From contig CAZMJV010000005.1 of the NCBI GenBank assembly GCA_964566905.1, positions 1-58,241 of the forward strand: a DNA stretch of 58,241 nucleotides, read 5' to 3'. The notes under the pieces are model-generated. The model searched no databases. It was not told the origin of the DNA and saw only the letters and a program-made list of their open reading frames with translations. The stretch comes from an uncultured Coriobacteriia bacterium. Lineage in GTDB: Bacteria > Actinomycetota > Coriobacteriia > Coriobacteriales > CAZMJV01. The translations under genes and the position numbers were made by a program. Of this stretch, positions 1-10,535 are shown piece by piece (the stretch's first letter is position 1; every line of letters begins with the position of its first letter).

Positions 1-938
1 CACGCTGTGAAGCCCTCGATCGACTCCTCGGAGATCACGTAGTCACCCGTGACCAACCCTTCGAGGAGCTTGCTCCAACCATTGGCGTCGCTCAACACGA
101 AGGTCGTGTCGTACCCATCGGGTCCGGTCACGTGGAATGTGACCTCGGCGCCTTCCATCGGCTCGATCGGGACACCGGCGAAGGAGTGGAACTCCTTGGA
201 TATCTCGAGCTCGCCATCAGGGACGTGCTTGTTGATGATCTCTACCTTCCCGAGCGGGCGGCCGTCGGGAAGCGTGTAGTGGCCGCTCTCCTCGAGCTCG
301 AAAGCGAACGGGGCCGAGTAATCCGGCACGCCGTCGATCAGAACGCCGTAGAGATCGTAGTCGGGATAATCTTCGGTGACCTTGTAGTCACCGTGGTGCA
401 TCGGGTCGAACCTCTCCGTCCAGTCGTTACCTGCGTTGAGGTGGGCGACCACGTCGAAGTCGTGCCCGGGACCATCGATGTTCACGACGAACTCATAGCC
501 TGGGGGCAACGAGTCCATATCGACCGGGTTTCCAGCCGAGTCGAGGACGGTCTTAGTCACATCGATCGCTCCGTCTACAGGACCCGTTCCGCTCAGAGGA
601 TCGATTTCGCCGGCTGCAACGATGGGCGCAGCCGCGAGCGCGGGTGCCTCAGGCGCGGGTGCTTTGAGCACGGGCTCCTCGACTACCGGAACCCCCGTGC
701 CTGCTTCGGCCGGAGGCAGTGCACCGCCGGCATCTCCGTCTACAACAACGGGGTCTGCGGGCAGCGGATCAGCTGGGGCGTCTACACCGAGCGGCACATC
801 GGAGGCGACGAAGCTCTCCCACGACGGCACAACGATGTCCTCAGCTGAGGCGAAGGGCAGACTGGGAAGCCCCCCCATCACCATGCTGAATGAAAACATC
901 AGCGTGAATAGCACTCGCAATGTTTTTCGCCTAACCAT
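1..938 (-). CDS. Sortase-type surface protein paralogue, N-terminal portion (C-terminus lies beyond window start)
   Basis: Missing from the ORF track because it is open at the window edge. My minus-strand translation from ATG 938-936 (AGGAGG 5 nt upstream) reads MVRRKTLRVLFTLMFSFSMVMGGLPSLPFASAEDIVVPS... Next come an Ala/Pro-rich linker and modules (IDVTKTVLDSAGNPVD.., LEISKEFHSFAGVPIEP..VTFHVTGPDGYDTTFVLSDANGWSK) collinear with the 591-aa neighbour. Confidence 0.8.
   Translation of the reverse strand, partial: MVRRKTLRVLFTLMFSFSMVMGGLPSLPFASAEDIVVPSWESFVASDVPLGVDAPADPLPADPVVVDGDAGGALPPAEAGTGVPVVEEPVLKAPAPEAPALAAAPIVAAGEIDPLSGTGPVDGAIDVTKTVLDSAGNPVDMDSLPPGYEFVVNIDGPGHDFDVVAHLNAGNDWTERFDPMHHGDYKVTEDYPDYDLYGVLIDGVPDYSAPFAFELEESGHYTLPDGRPLGKVEIINKHVPDGELEISKEFHSFAGVPIEPMEGAEVTFHVTGPDGYDTTFVLSDANGWSKLLEGLVTGDYVISEESIEGFTA
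865..908. repeat. 44-nt conserved block, copy A (signal-peptide coding region), containing a C7/G7 homopolymer at 870..876
   Basis: ggaagcccccccatcaccatgctgaatgaaaacatcagcgtgaa matches 2841..2884 with a single substitution. Confidence 0.9.
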
Positions 939-1083
939 GACCTCCTCCTTACATCACAACTCCCCTGGTCCCCCTCGTTTGGTTGTTACCCCTCGACGGC
1001 GCATATCGAACGCAATATTTTGGATAGTGAACGGTCGGGAATTCCGACGTCGGGAGACTCTCGGAGCGACGTTCTTTGAAGCT

Positions 1084-1113
1084 GAGAAGAGCGTCCCGCA
1101 GGACGCCCCTCTC
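1084..1113 (-). terminator. Hairpin downstream of the 591-aa surface protein gene (no clear U-tract)
   Basis: gagaagagcgtcc-cgca-ggacgcccctctc forms a stem of about 13 bp (with G-U pairs on the minus strand) 26 nt after the stop at 1139. The weak T-run lowers confidence. Confidence 0.3.
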
Positions 1114-1138
1114 GGTTCGATTGCTTTTGTCCATGGGT

Positions 1139-2914
1139 CTACTTGTCGCGCTCCACACCGCGTCGGCGGCGAGTCACGGCCATTGTCGCCCCTGCCAGGA
1201 GAGCAATCGCCCCGTACCCGAACGCCATACGGAGGTCGTCACCGGTCTTGGGAACGGTAGTGGTGGTCGGATGTGTGATGGGAACCGTCACGGTGTCCGA
1301 TATATCCCCTACCTTCACGGTGTTTGCCAAGGTTGTTCCTGCATAGTTCGCAGGCACCTTGTATGTGTAGGTGAAGCTCCAGGATGCCCCGGGTTCGATC
1401 GTCGGAGTGACCGTGACGGGAAGCGGGCTCACCAGGGAGTCGGTGATGGCCTCTCCGCCGATGGCGATCGTACCGGTGTTCTTGACGGTCACGGTGTAGG
1501 TGATCGTGTCGCCCGGCTTCGCGCTGGTCACATTGGCGACCTTGTCGACTGTGTAGGTCTTGTCGGGAGAGGCGGGCGTGCGATACGTGTTGACGATCGT
1601 GACGACCGTCTCGCCGGCGTTCTCAACTTCGGCGGTTGCGGGAATGGTGAGCAGCACATCGCCGACCATGTACTTCGTGTCGAAGTTGCCGGTCGTAGTC
1701 TCATGGACCACATAGTCGCCGGCAGGCAGGTCGGTGAAGATCATGTGCCAATCGTTGCCGTCGTTGAGGGCGAACTCCTCGTCAAACCCTTCCGGTCCGG
1801 TCACGGTGACCGTTACATCGACACCGGTCGATGGCAGGCCGGCGGAAGTGCGGTACTCCTTGACTATCTCGAGCGTGCCCGTGTCTTCCGTGACCTCGTT
1901 GGGGCGTGTGTTGACGACGGTGACCATCGTGGTCTCGCCATCCATCACGTGGACCCCTGCGGGGATGTCGAGAACCTCGCCACCGCTTTCATATGTCGTG
2001 GTGAGCCCTTCGATGGCGGTCTCTTCGATCATGTAGTGTCCTGCGACGAGCTCGTCGAATGTCTTGCTCCAACCATTCGCCTCGCTGAGCACGAACTCCT
2101 CATCGAACTCATCGGGTCCGGTCACATGGATTGTCACCTCGTCGCCCGCGTTCGGATCGACGGGAACACCCGCGAACGTGCGATATTCCTTGGTGATCTC
2201 GAGAGTTCCGTCCGGATTATGGAGATTCACTACGTCGACGGTACCGAGCGGATGCCCATCCTGCGTGTAGTGTCCGCTGTCCTCGAGTTCGAACTTGAGG
2301 GGAGCCTTGAAGTCCAGCTCTCCATCGATTCGGAGGCCCATGGTGTAACCGGGCTCATCCTCGGTCACGAAGTAGTTCCCGAGGTGCATATCGAGGAACG
2401 TCTCTGTGAAGTCGTTACCCGCATTGAGAACGGCTGTCCTGTCCCAATCGGGTCCGGGACCATCGAGGTACACCGTGAACTCCAAGCCCTCGGGCAGATC
2501 TGCGGGATCGATGGGATCCCCTGCCGAATCGAGAACGGTCTTGGTGACGACGATGACTCCGTCCTCAGGGTTCTCGATCGGCTGTCCGAGACCGTCGTTC
2601 AGGAGCGGCGCTGCCGCCAGGGCGGTCGGAGCAGCAAGGTCTGCTGCCGGTTCTGCCGCGAGAGGCGTTGCCGCCTCATTTGTCACGCCGACATCTGCGG
2701 GAGGCAGCGGATCTTCGATACCCGAGCCTTCCTCCACAACGGCGTCGATCTGCTCTTCCGCCGGGACCGCGTCGAGGGCGGGGGCAGTGGCCTCCACCGA
2801 TGGCAGGACGGCGTCCTCGGCGACGGCGAGGGGCAGGTTTGGAAGCCCGCCCATCACCATGCTGAATGAAAACATCAGCGTGAACAGTAATCGAAACGTG
2901 CTACGTCTGTTCAT
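1139..2914 (-). CDS. Cell-wall-anchored surface protein (signal peptide, repeated Ig-like/Cna-B-like modules, DUF11-like repeat, VPKTG sorting signal)
   Basis: ATG at 2914 has AGGAGGAGG upstream. The N-terminus MNRRSTFRLLFTLMFSFSMVMGGLPNLPLAVA is a signal peptide. Internal repeats are LEITKEYRTFAGVPVDP..VTIHVTGPDEFDEEFVLSEANGWSK and LEIVKEYRTSAGLPSTG..VTVTGPEGFDEEFALNDGNDWH. A GDTITYTVTVKNTG repeat follows. The C-terminus is VPKTGDD, a hydrophobic stretch and an RRRRG tail. Confidence 0.9.
   Translation of the reverse strand: MNRRSTFRLLFTLMFSFSMVMGGLPNLPLAVAEDAVLPSVEATAPALDAVPAEEQIDAVVEEGSGIEDPLPPADVGVTNEAATPLAAEPAADLAAPTALAAAPLLNDGLGQPIENPEDGVIVVTKTVLDSAGDPIDPADLPEGLEFTVYLDGPGPDWDRTAVLNAGNDFTETFLDMHLGNYFVTEDEPGYTMGLRIDGELDFKAPLKFELEDSGHYTQDGHPLGTVDVVNLHNPDGTLEITKEYRTFAGVPVDPNAGDEVTIHVTGPDEFDEEFVLSEANGWSKTFDELVAGHYMIEETAIEGLTTTYESGGEVLDIPAGVHVMDGETTMVTVVNTRPNEVTEDTGTLEIVKEYRTSAGLPSTGVDVTVTVTGPEGFDEEFALNDGNDWHMIFTDLPAGDYVVHETTTGNFDTKYMVGDVLLTIPATAEVENAGETVVTIVNTYRTPASPDKTYTVDKVANVTSAKPGDTITYTVTVKNTGTIAIGGEAITDSLVSPLPVTVTPTIEPGASWSFTYTYKVPANYAGTTLANTVKVGDISDTVTVPITHPTTTTVPKTGDDLRMAFGYGAIALLAGATMAVTRRRRGVERDK
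2841..2884. repeat. 44-nt conserved block, copy B (signal-peptide coding region of the 591-aa protein)
   Basis: ggaagcccgcccatcaccatgctgaatgaaaacatcagcgtgaa has 43/44 identity to 865..908. Confidence 0.9.
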
Positions 2915-3011
2915 GGCCTCCTCCTATCGTCGTGCTTTTCCTCCCCCTTTCTTGGTTTTTTACCCGCCTCACGAGGTCTCCAACGCACGGCGGGGCGAAT
3001 CCAGACAAACG

Positions 3012-3038
3012 AAAGCGACGCCCAGAAGGACGCCGCCT
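3012..3038 (-). terminator. Putative rho-independent terminator after gatB
   Basis: Read on the minus strand: aggcggcgtcc-ttct-gggcgtcgctt. The stem is about 11 bp including G-U pairs and is followed by the T-rich tcgtttgt. It begins 26 nt after the gatB stop. Confidence 0.45.
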
Positions 3039-3063
3039 GAGTTCAGTGCTATGTGATGCGGGC

Positions 3064-4599
3064 TCAGCCTTCGAGCGTCTTAGAGAGGATCTCGCTGATG
3101 AGACCGGGGTTGCCCTGGCCCTTCATCTCGCGCATGACCTGCCCGACGAAGAAACCGAGCAGACCGGTCTTGCCGCCGCGATACTGTTCGACTTGGCCGG
3201 GGTTCGCCGCGAGCACCGCGTCGACGACCGCTTGGATCGCACCTGTGTCGCTGACCTGCTTGAAGCCGCGCTCCTCGACGATCTTCTCGGGAGCATCACC
3301 GGTCTGCGCCATGGCGACGAAGACCTCCTTCGACTGCTTTGAGGAGATGTCGCCCGCATCGACCAGCGCGACCAAGGCCGCGAGGTCGGCGGGAGAGACG
3401 GGCAACTCGGCCAGCGAGACACCCTGCGCGTTCACATAGGCGGAGAGGTCGTTGAGCATGACGTTCGACACCTGCTTCGCACGGGCGTCGCCCGCGATCT
3501 CGACGGCCGCCTCGAAGAATCGAGCCATGTCGAAATCGGAGGTGAGCACGTTAGCGTCGTGCGACGGGATGCCGTAGCTCTCCATGAACCGCTTCTTCTT
3601 CGCGTCGGGCAGCTCGGGCAGGCGCAACCGCACACGCTCGATGAACTCGTCGGTGAGGTCGTAGGGCGCCAGGTCGGGCTCGGGGAAGAGACGGTAGTCG
3701 TCGGCCGTCTCCTTTGTGCGCATGACGATCGTGCGCTTGTTGGCCGGCTCCCAATGGCGGGTCTCCTGGTAGATCTCGCCGCCGCTCTCGAGAACCTCTG
3801 CCTGGCGGATGATCTCGTAGACGAGGCCGTCGTGGAGGTTCTTGAACGAGTTCATGTTCTTGAGCTCGGTCTTCGTCCCCAGTCCGGTCTCACCGCGACG
3901 GCGAAGCGAGATGTTTCCGTCGCATCGGAGCGAACCCTCTTCCATCGAGCAGTCGGAGATTCCCAGCGTGAGGTAGATCTGGCGCAGCTTCTGAACGAAG
4001 CGGCGGGCCTCCTCGGGGGTGCGAAGGTCGGGCTCGGTGACGAGCTCCATCAGCGGAGTGCCTGCGCGGTTGTAGTCCACGAGGGAGTGGTCGGCGCCGG
4101 TGATGCGCCCGTCGGTCCCGCCGACGTGGATCATCTTGCCGGTGTCCTCCTCCATGTGGATCCTGGTGATGCCGACGAGCGTCTCATAGGCTCCCGATGC
4201 GGCCTCGGGAAGGTCGAGGCGCTGCTTCGCGAGCTCGCCCTCGACGTCGACGACGATGCCGCCGCGCATGGCGAAAGCGAGAGGGCCCTGGGTGATCTGA
4301 AAGTTCTTGGGCATGTCGGGATAGAAGTAGTTCTTACGGTAGAACATCGTCTTCTTCTCGATCTCGCAGCCCGTCGCGATACCGGCGAGCACGATCGACT
4401 CGACGGCCGCCTTGTTGGGGACGGGCAGCGCGCCGGGCATGCCGAGACACACGGGGCACACGCGCGTGTTGGGCTCCCCGCCGAACTCAACGGGGCATCC
4501 GCAGAACATCTTGGTCTTCATCGTGGTGAGCTCCACGTGGACCTCGAGGCCGATCACGGCCTCCCAGTCCTGAAGCACCTCGAGCAAACGGTCTCTCAT
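3064..4599 (-). CDS. gatB: Asp/Glu-tRNA(Asn/Gln) amidotransferase subunit B
   Basis: GLEVHVELTT..KMFCGCPVEFGGEPNTRVCPVCLGMPGALP is the typical GatB N-terminus. I chose the start at ATG 4599 (MRDRLLEVLQDWEAVIGLEVH), 2 nt after the gatA stop. The 4644 start in the ORF track would overlap gatA. Confidence 0.95.
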   Translation of the reverse strand: MRDRLLEVLQDWEAVIGLEVHVELTTMKTKMFCGCPVEFGGEPNTRVCPVCLGMPGALPVPNKAAVESIVLAGIATGCEIEKKTMFYRKNYFYPDMPKNFQITQGPLAFAMRGGIVVDVEGELAKQRLDLPEAASGAYETLVGITRIHMEEDTGKMIHVGGTDGRITGADHSLVDYNRAGTPLMELVTEPDLRTPEEARRFVQKLRQIYLTLGISDCSMEEGSLRCDGNISLRRRGETGLGTKTELKNMNSFKNLHDGLVYEIIRQAEVLESGGEIYQETRHWEPANKRTIVMRTKETADDYRLFPEPDLAPYDLTDEFIERVRLRLPELPDAKKKRFMESYGIPSHDANVLTSDFDMARFFEAAVEIAGDARAKQVSNVMLNDLSAYVNAQGVSLAELPVSPADLAALVALVDAGDISSKQSKEVFVAMAQTGDAPEKIVEERGFKQVSDTGAIQAVVDAVLAANPGQVEQYRGGKTGLLGFFVGQVMREMKGQGNPGLISEILSKTLEG

Positions 4600-4601
4600 G
4601 G

Positions 4602-6077
4602 CTATCCCCTCGCCATCGGCGCGATGCGGTCGATCTCGTAGCAACTCTCCAACGCCGCCGCTGCACGCAGCAGGTTCGCGTCGTCGAAGTGGCGCCCGAT
4701 GAGTTGGACGCCCACGGGCAGGGCGCTGTCGCTGCCCAGTCCGACAGGCACCGAGATGCCCGAGTTGCCCGCGATGTTGATGGACACGGTGAACATGTCG
4801 GAGAGGTACATCGACGTCGGGTCCTGGATCTCACCGTGGCGGAAGGCCGTGCGCGGCGAGGTGGGGGTCAGGATGACGTCCACCTGCTTGAACGCGCGGT
4901 GGTAGTCGTCGGTGATGAGGGTACGGACCTTCTGGGCCGGGAGGAAGTACTCGTTGTAGACGCCCGAGGAGAGCAGGTACGAGCCGAGCATGATGCGTCG
5001 GATCGTCTCGGCGCCGAATCCCTGAGCGCGAGAGAGATCGTACTGGTCGTTCATCGTCGCGGCGTTCTCCGCGCGATGCCCGAAACGGATCGAGTCGAAG
5101 CGCGCGAGGTTGCTGGAGGCCTCGGCCGGACCGACGATGTAGTAGGCGCTCATCGCGTGTTCGGCGTTGGGGAGCTCGACCTCGGTCACGATCGCGCCGA
5201 GCTTCTCGAAGTTGCGTGCCGCCTCGTAGGTGGCCGCGCGGACCTCGGCATCGACACCCGGGGCGTCGATCATCGAGGGGACGAGCGCGACGCGCATGCC
5301 CTCGACTCCTTCGCCGAGGTTGGAGGTGAAGTCGACCTCGGAGTGCTGCGAAGTGCAGTCGCGTGGGTCGTAGCCCGCGATCGCGTTCATGGTCATAGCG
5401 ACATCGGAGACGGTCTTGCCGAACGGTCCGACCTGATCGAGCGAGGACCCGAAAGCGACGACACCGTAGCGCGAGACCACGCCGTAGGTCGGCTTGAAGC
5501 CGACGACTCCGCACAGCGCGGCGGGCTGGCGGATCGAGCCGCCGGTGTCGGAGCCCAGCGTGACGGTCGCCATGCCCGAGGCAACCGCAGCAGCGGAGCC
5601 GCCGGAGGAACCACCGGGAACGCGGGAGAGGTCCCAGGGGTTGTTCGTCGCGCCGAACGCCGAGGTCTCGGTCGAGGAGCCGAACGCGAACTCGTCCATG
5701 TTGAGCTTGCCGAGCGGGATCGCGCCGGCCTTGAGGGCGTTGGCGACGCAGGTCGCGTCGAACACCGATTCGTAATTCTCGAGCATCCTCGAGGAGCACG
5801 TCATGCGCGTTCCCAGCTGATGCATGTTGTCTTTGAAGCCGATGGGCACGCCGGCCAGAACGCCGAGCGACTCCCCGCGCGCAACCGCTGCGTCGACCGC
5901 GTCGGCTGCCGCATAGGCGAGCTCGGGCGTTACCTGGAGATATGCGTGTACGCCCTCGTTGTGGCGCTCGATGGCGCCCAGCGCTGAGGCGGTCACCTCA
6001 CGTGCGGACACCTCGCCCGAGCGAACAGCCGCCGTGATGTCGGCCGCTCCCTGCGTAGTGAGATCGAAGTCGCTCAC
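4602..6077 (-). CDS. gatA: Glutamyl-tRNA(Gln) amidotransferase subunit A
   Basis: It carries the amidase signature GGSSGGSAAAVA and sits in gatCAB order. The GTG start overlaps the gatC stop (GTGA). Confidence 0.95.
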   Translation of the reverse strand: MSDFDLTTQGAADITAAVRSGEVSAREVTASALGAIERHNEGVHAYLQVTPELAYAAADAVDAAVARGESLGVLAGVPIGFKDNMHQLGTRMTCSSRMLENYESVFDATCVANALKAGAIPLGKLNMDEFAFGSSTETSAFGATNNPWDLSRVPGGSSGGSAAAVASGMATVTLGSDTGGSIRQPAALCGVVGFKPTYGVVSRYGVVAFGSSLDQVGPFGKTVSDVAMTMNAIAGYDPRDCTSQHSEVDFTSNLGEGVEGMRVALVPSMIDAPGVDAEVRAATYEAARNFEKLGAIVTEVELPNAEHAMSAYYIVGPAEASSNLARFDSIRFGHRAENAATMNDQYDLSRAQGFGAETIRRIMLGSYLLSSGVYNEYFLPAQKVRTLITDDYHRAFKQVDVILTPTSPRTAFRHGEIQDPTSMYLSDMFTVSINIAGNSGISVPVGLGSDSALPVGVQLIGRHFDDANLLRAAAALESCYEIDRIAPMARG

Positions 6078-6379
6078 GCGTCATCGCCTCCTCCGAGGAT
6101 GGTCGGGATGAGGAACGCGCCGTCCTGGACCGATGAGCCGTTGCGGAGCGCCTCTTCGCGAGAGAGAGGTTCGATGATCTCGTCGGGGCGGAACACATTC
6201 ACGAGACCCTCGAGCGGATGAAACGTCGGCTCCACTCCGTCCAGGTTCACGGCCTTGATCGGCTGCAATCCATCGATGATCGAATTGAGGTCGATGGTCA
6301 TCTGAGTGACCTGCGCATCGTCGAGGGCGATGCGCGAAAGTCTCGCTATGTGACGGATATCCGTCTCGGACAATGCCAT
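6074..6379 (-). CDS. gatC: Asp/Glu-tRNA amidotransferase subunit C
   Basis: The 101-aa product begins MALSETDIRHIARLSRIALDDAQV... and lies directly upstream of gatA. Confidence 0.9.
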   Translation of the reverse strand: MALSETDIRHIARLSRIALDDAQVTQMTIDLNSIIDGLQPIKAVNLDGVEPTFHPLEGLVNVFRPDEIIEPLSREEALRNGSSVQDGAFLIPTILGGGDDA

Positions 6380-6460
6380 GGGCGTGTCCCTTCCTGGACG
6401 ACGAAAACGGCTCGCGCGCTCGGCGCGTGGCGATATTCTAATCGAAAGCGGGTTTCGGAC

Positions 6461-6574
6461 CTATTTCTTGGGCTCGGTGATCTTTCCTTGGCTCTTCGAG
6501 AACACCCGTGCGGCGACGATCACCGTCACGATTCCCGCCAGCGTCATGCCTGCGGACAGCAGTATCTTCTCCAC
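6461..6574 (-). CDS. Candidate 37-aa single-pass membrane micro-protein (not in ORF track)
   Basis: My translation is GTG-VEKILLSAGMTLAGIVTVIVAARVFSKSQGKITEPKK-TAG. A perfect AAGGAGG lies 8 nt upstream of the GTG. It sits in the 240-nt gap between ligA and gatC. The product has one hydrophobic helix and a basic tail. Confidence 0.4.
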   Translation of the reverse strand: MEKILLSAGMTLAGIVTVIVAARVFSKSQGKITEPKK

Positions 6575-6619
6575 GAGACGTATCCTCCTTGATTCATGAT
6601 TCCTCGAGTGATTGTACCC

Positions 6620-9079
<2,460 letters not shown>

Positions 9080-9139
9080 CTACGGAGCCGAGCCGAACCA
9101 TGCGGGCACCCCGGACTCCGAGGGTGTCAGAAGGCACCG

Positions 9140-10033
9140 CTACTTCCCTTCGTTCGACTCCTCGACCATCTCGGCCGCGTGATACGACGAGCGCACGAAC
9201 GGGGCGCTCGCGACCGAGGAGAAGCCCTTTTGGTAGGCGATTCGGGACAGCTCGACGAACACGGCCGGGTCCACGAACTCCGCCACCGGAAGGTGTGCGG
9301 CGCTGGGCCTCAGATACTGCCCCAGGGTGAGCATCCCGACCCCGTGTTCGAGCAGGTCGTCCATGACGGCCGCGACCTCGTCGGGCGTCTCCCCCAACCC
9401 GAGCATGAGTCCTGATTTCGTCGGCATGCCCTGCTGGACTTTGGATGCATGGGAGAGGACCGAGAGCGACCGATGGTAGTCGGCTCCCGGGCGCACCGTG
9501 GAGTAGAGACGCGGCACGGTCTCGAGGTTGTGATTGAAGACGTCGGGTCGGGCAGCCGCGACGACGGCGACGCTCTCGAGGTTGCCCGCGAAGTCGCTCG
9601 TGAGAACCTCTACGGCGATGTCGGGAAGCACGTCTCGGAGGGCGAGGATAGTCTCCGCGAAATGTGCGGCCCCGCCATCTGCCAGGTCGTCTCGCGTGAC
9701 CGATGTCACGACCACGTGGCGCAGCCCGAGCTGGCGAGCGGCCTCGGCCACTCGGGCGGGTTCGCCCGGGTCGAGCGGGCCGGGCCTCCTGGTCTCCACC
9801 GCACAGAAACGGCACCCTCGGGTGCATGCGTCGCCCATGATCAGAAAGGTCGCCGTGCCCGACGAGAAGCATTCGCCCCGGTTGGGGCACTTCGCGCTCT
9901 GGCAGACGGTGTTGAGCTGCAGCGTGCCCAGCACCTCCTCCACCTCGGCAGACGCTCCGGGCGCAGAGAGAGGGCGTTTGAGCCACTGGGGAAGACGACG
10001 GGTCGCGTCGTCGGTACCGTGCGAGTAGGTCAT
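9140..10033 (-). CDS. lipA: Lipoyl synthase (radical SAM)
   Basis: It has CPNRGECFSSGTATFLIMGDACTRGCRFCAV, the two cysteine clusters typical of LipA. The start is set at ATG 10033 (MTYSHGTDD..). Confidence 0.93.
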   Translation of the reverse strand: MTYSHGTDDATRRLPQWLKRPLSAPGASAEVEEVLGTLQLNTVCQSAKCPNRGECFSSGTATFLIMGDACTRGCRFCAVETRRPGPLDPGEPARVAEAARQLGLRHVVVTSVTRDDLADGGAAHFAETILALRDVLPDIAVEVLTSDFAGNLESVAVVAAARPDVFNHNLETVPRLYSTVRPGADYHRSLSVLSHASKVQQGMPTKSGLMLGLGETPDEVAAVMDDLLEHGVGMLTLGQYLRPSAAHLPVAEFVDPAVFVELSRIAYQKGFSSVASAPFVRSSYHAAEMVEESNEGK

Positions 10034-10103
10034 CGCGTTGTGTCTCCATCCGATATAACGACATCGGTCGCGCCCATTCGTGCGACGCGACCGATGTAGC
10101 GTA

Positions 10104-10496
10104 CTACAGGTTCTCGTTGAGAGGTGGCGGCTCTTTCTGCGGGCCCACCCAGAGCATTCCGTTTTCGACCTTTGCCTCGTAGACCCGAAGGGGTCGCGGG
10201 TGGCGCAGAAGTTTCGCCGCATCGAGCACGACACCCTCGAAATGGGTCCAGCGGATCACCTGGCCGGTCGTGAGGTCGAACTGAGATCCATGCCGCGGAC
10301 AGGTCACGATCGTCCCGTCCAAGACTCCGTTGGCGAGGACCCCGCCCATATGCGGGCAGTGGAGGTCCGAGATCAGGAATTCCTCGCCTTTGCGGGCGAC
10401 CAGCATCTCATGCTCGCCGATCTCGACTCCGACCATGGCGCCGTCCACAAATCCGTCAACCGGTCCTACTTCGAGATAATGATCCTCTTCATGCAT
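10104..10496 (-). CDS. Small soluble Rieske [2Fe-2S] protein
   Basis: CPHMGGVLANGVLDGTIVTCPRH fits the CxH-x16-CxxH Rieske motif. AAGGAG precedes ATG 10496 (MHEEDHYLEV). Confidence 0.85.
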   Translation of the reverse strand: MHEEDHYLEVGPVDGFVDGAMVGVEIGEHEMLVARKGEEFLISDLHCPHMGGVLANGVLDGTIVTCPRHGSQFDLTTGQVIRWTHFEGVVLDAAKLLRHPRPLRVYEAKVENGMLWVGPQKEPPPLNENL

Positions 10497-10535
10497 GACC
10501 TGCTCCTTTTGTCGCGCGGATGGAGCGTGCAAGGA

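Noticed and set aside
1076-2869. 597-aa plus-strand ORF opposite the 591-aa surface protein
   Set aside because: It is antisense to a gene with a signal peptide, repeat modules and a sorting signal. The translation is low-complexity (Gly/Arg/Asp/His), has no SD and no motifs.
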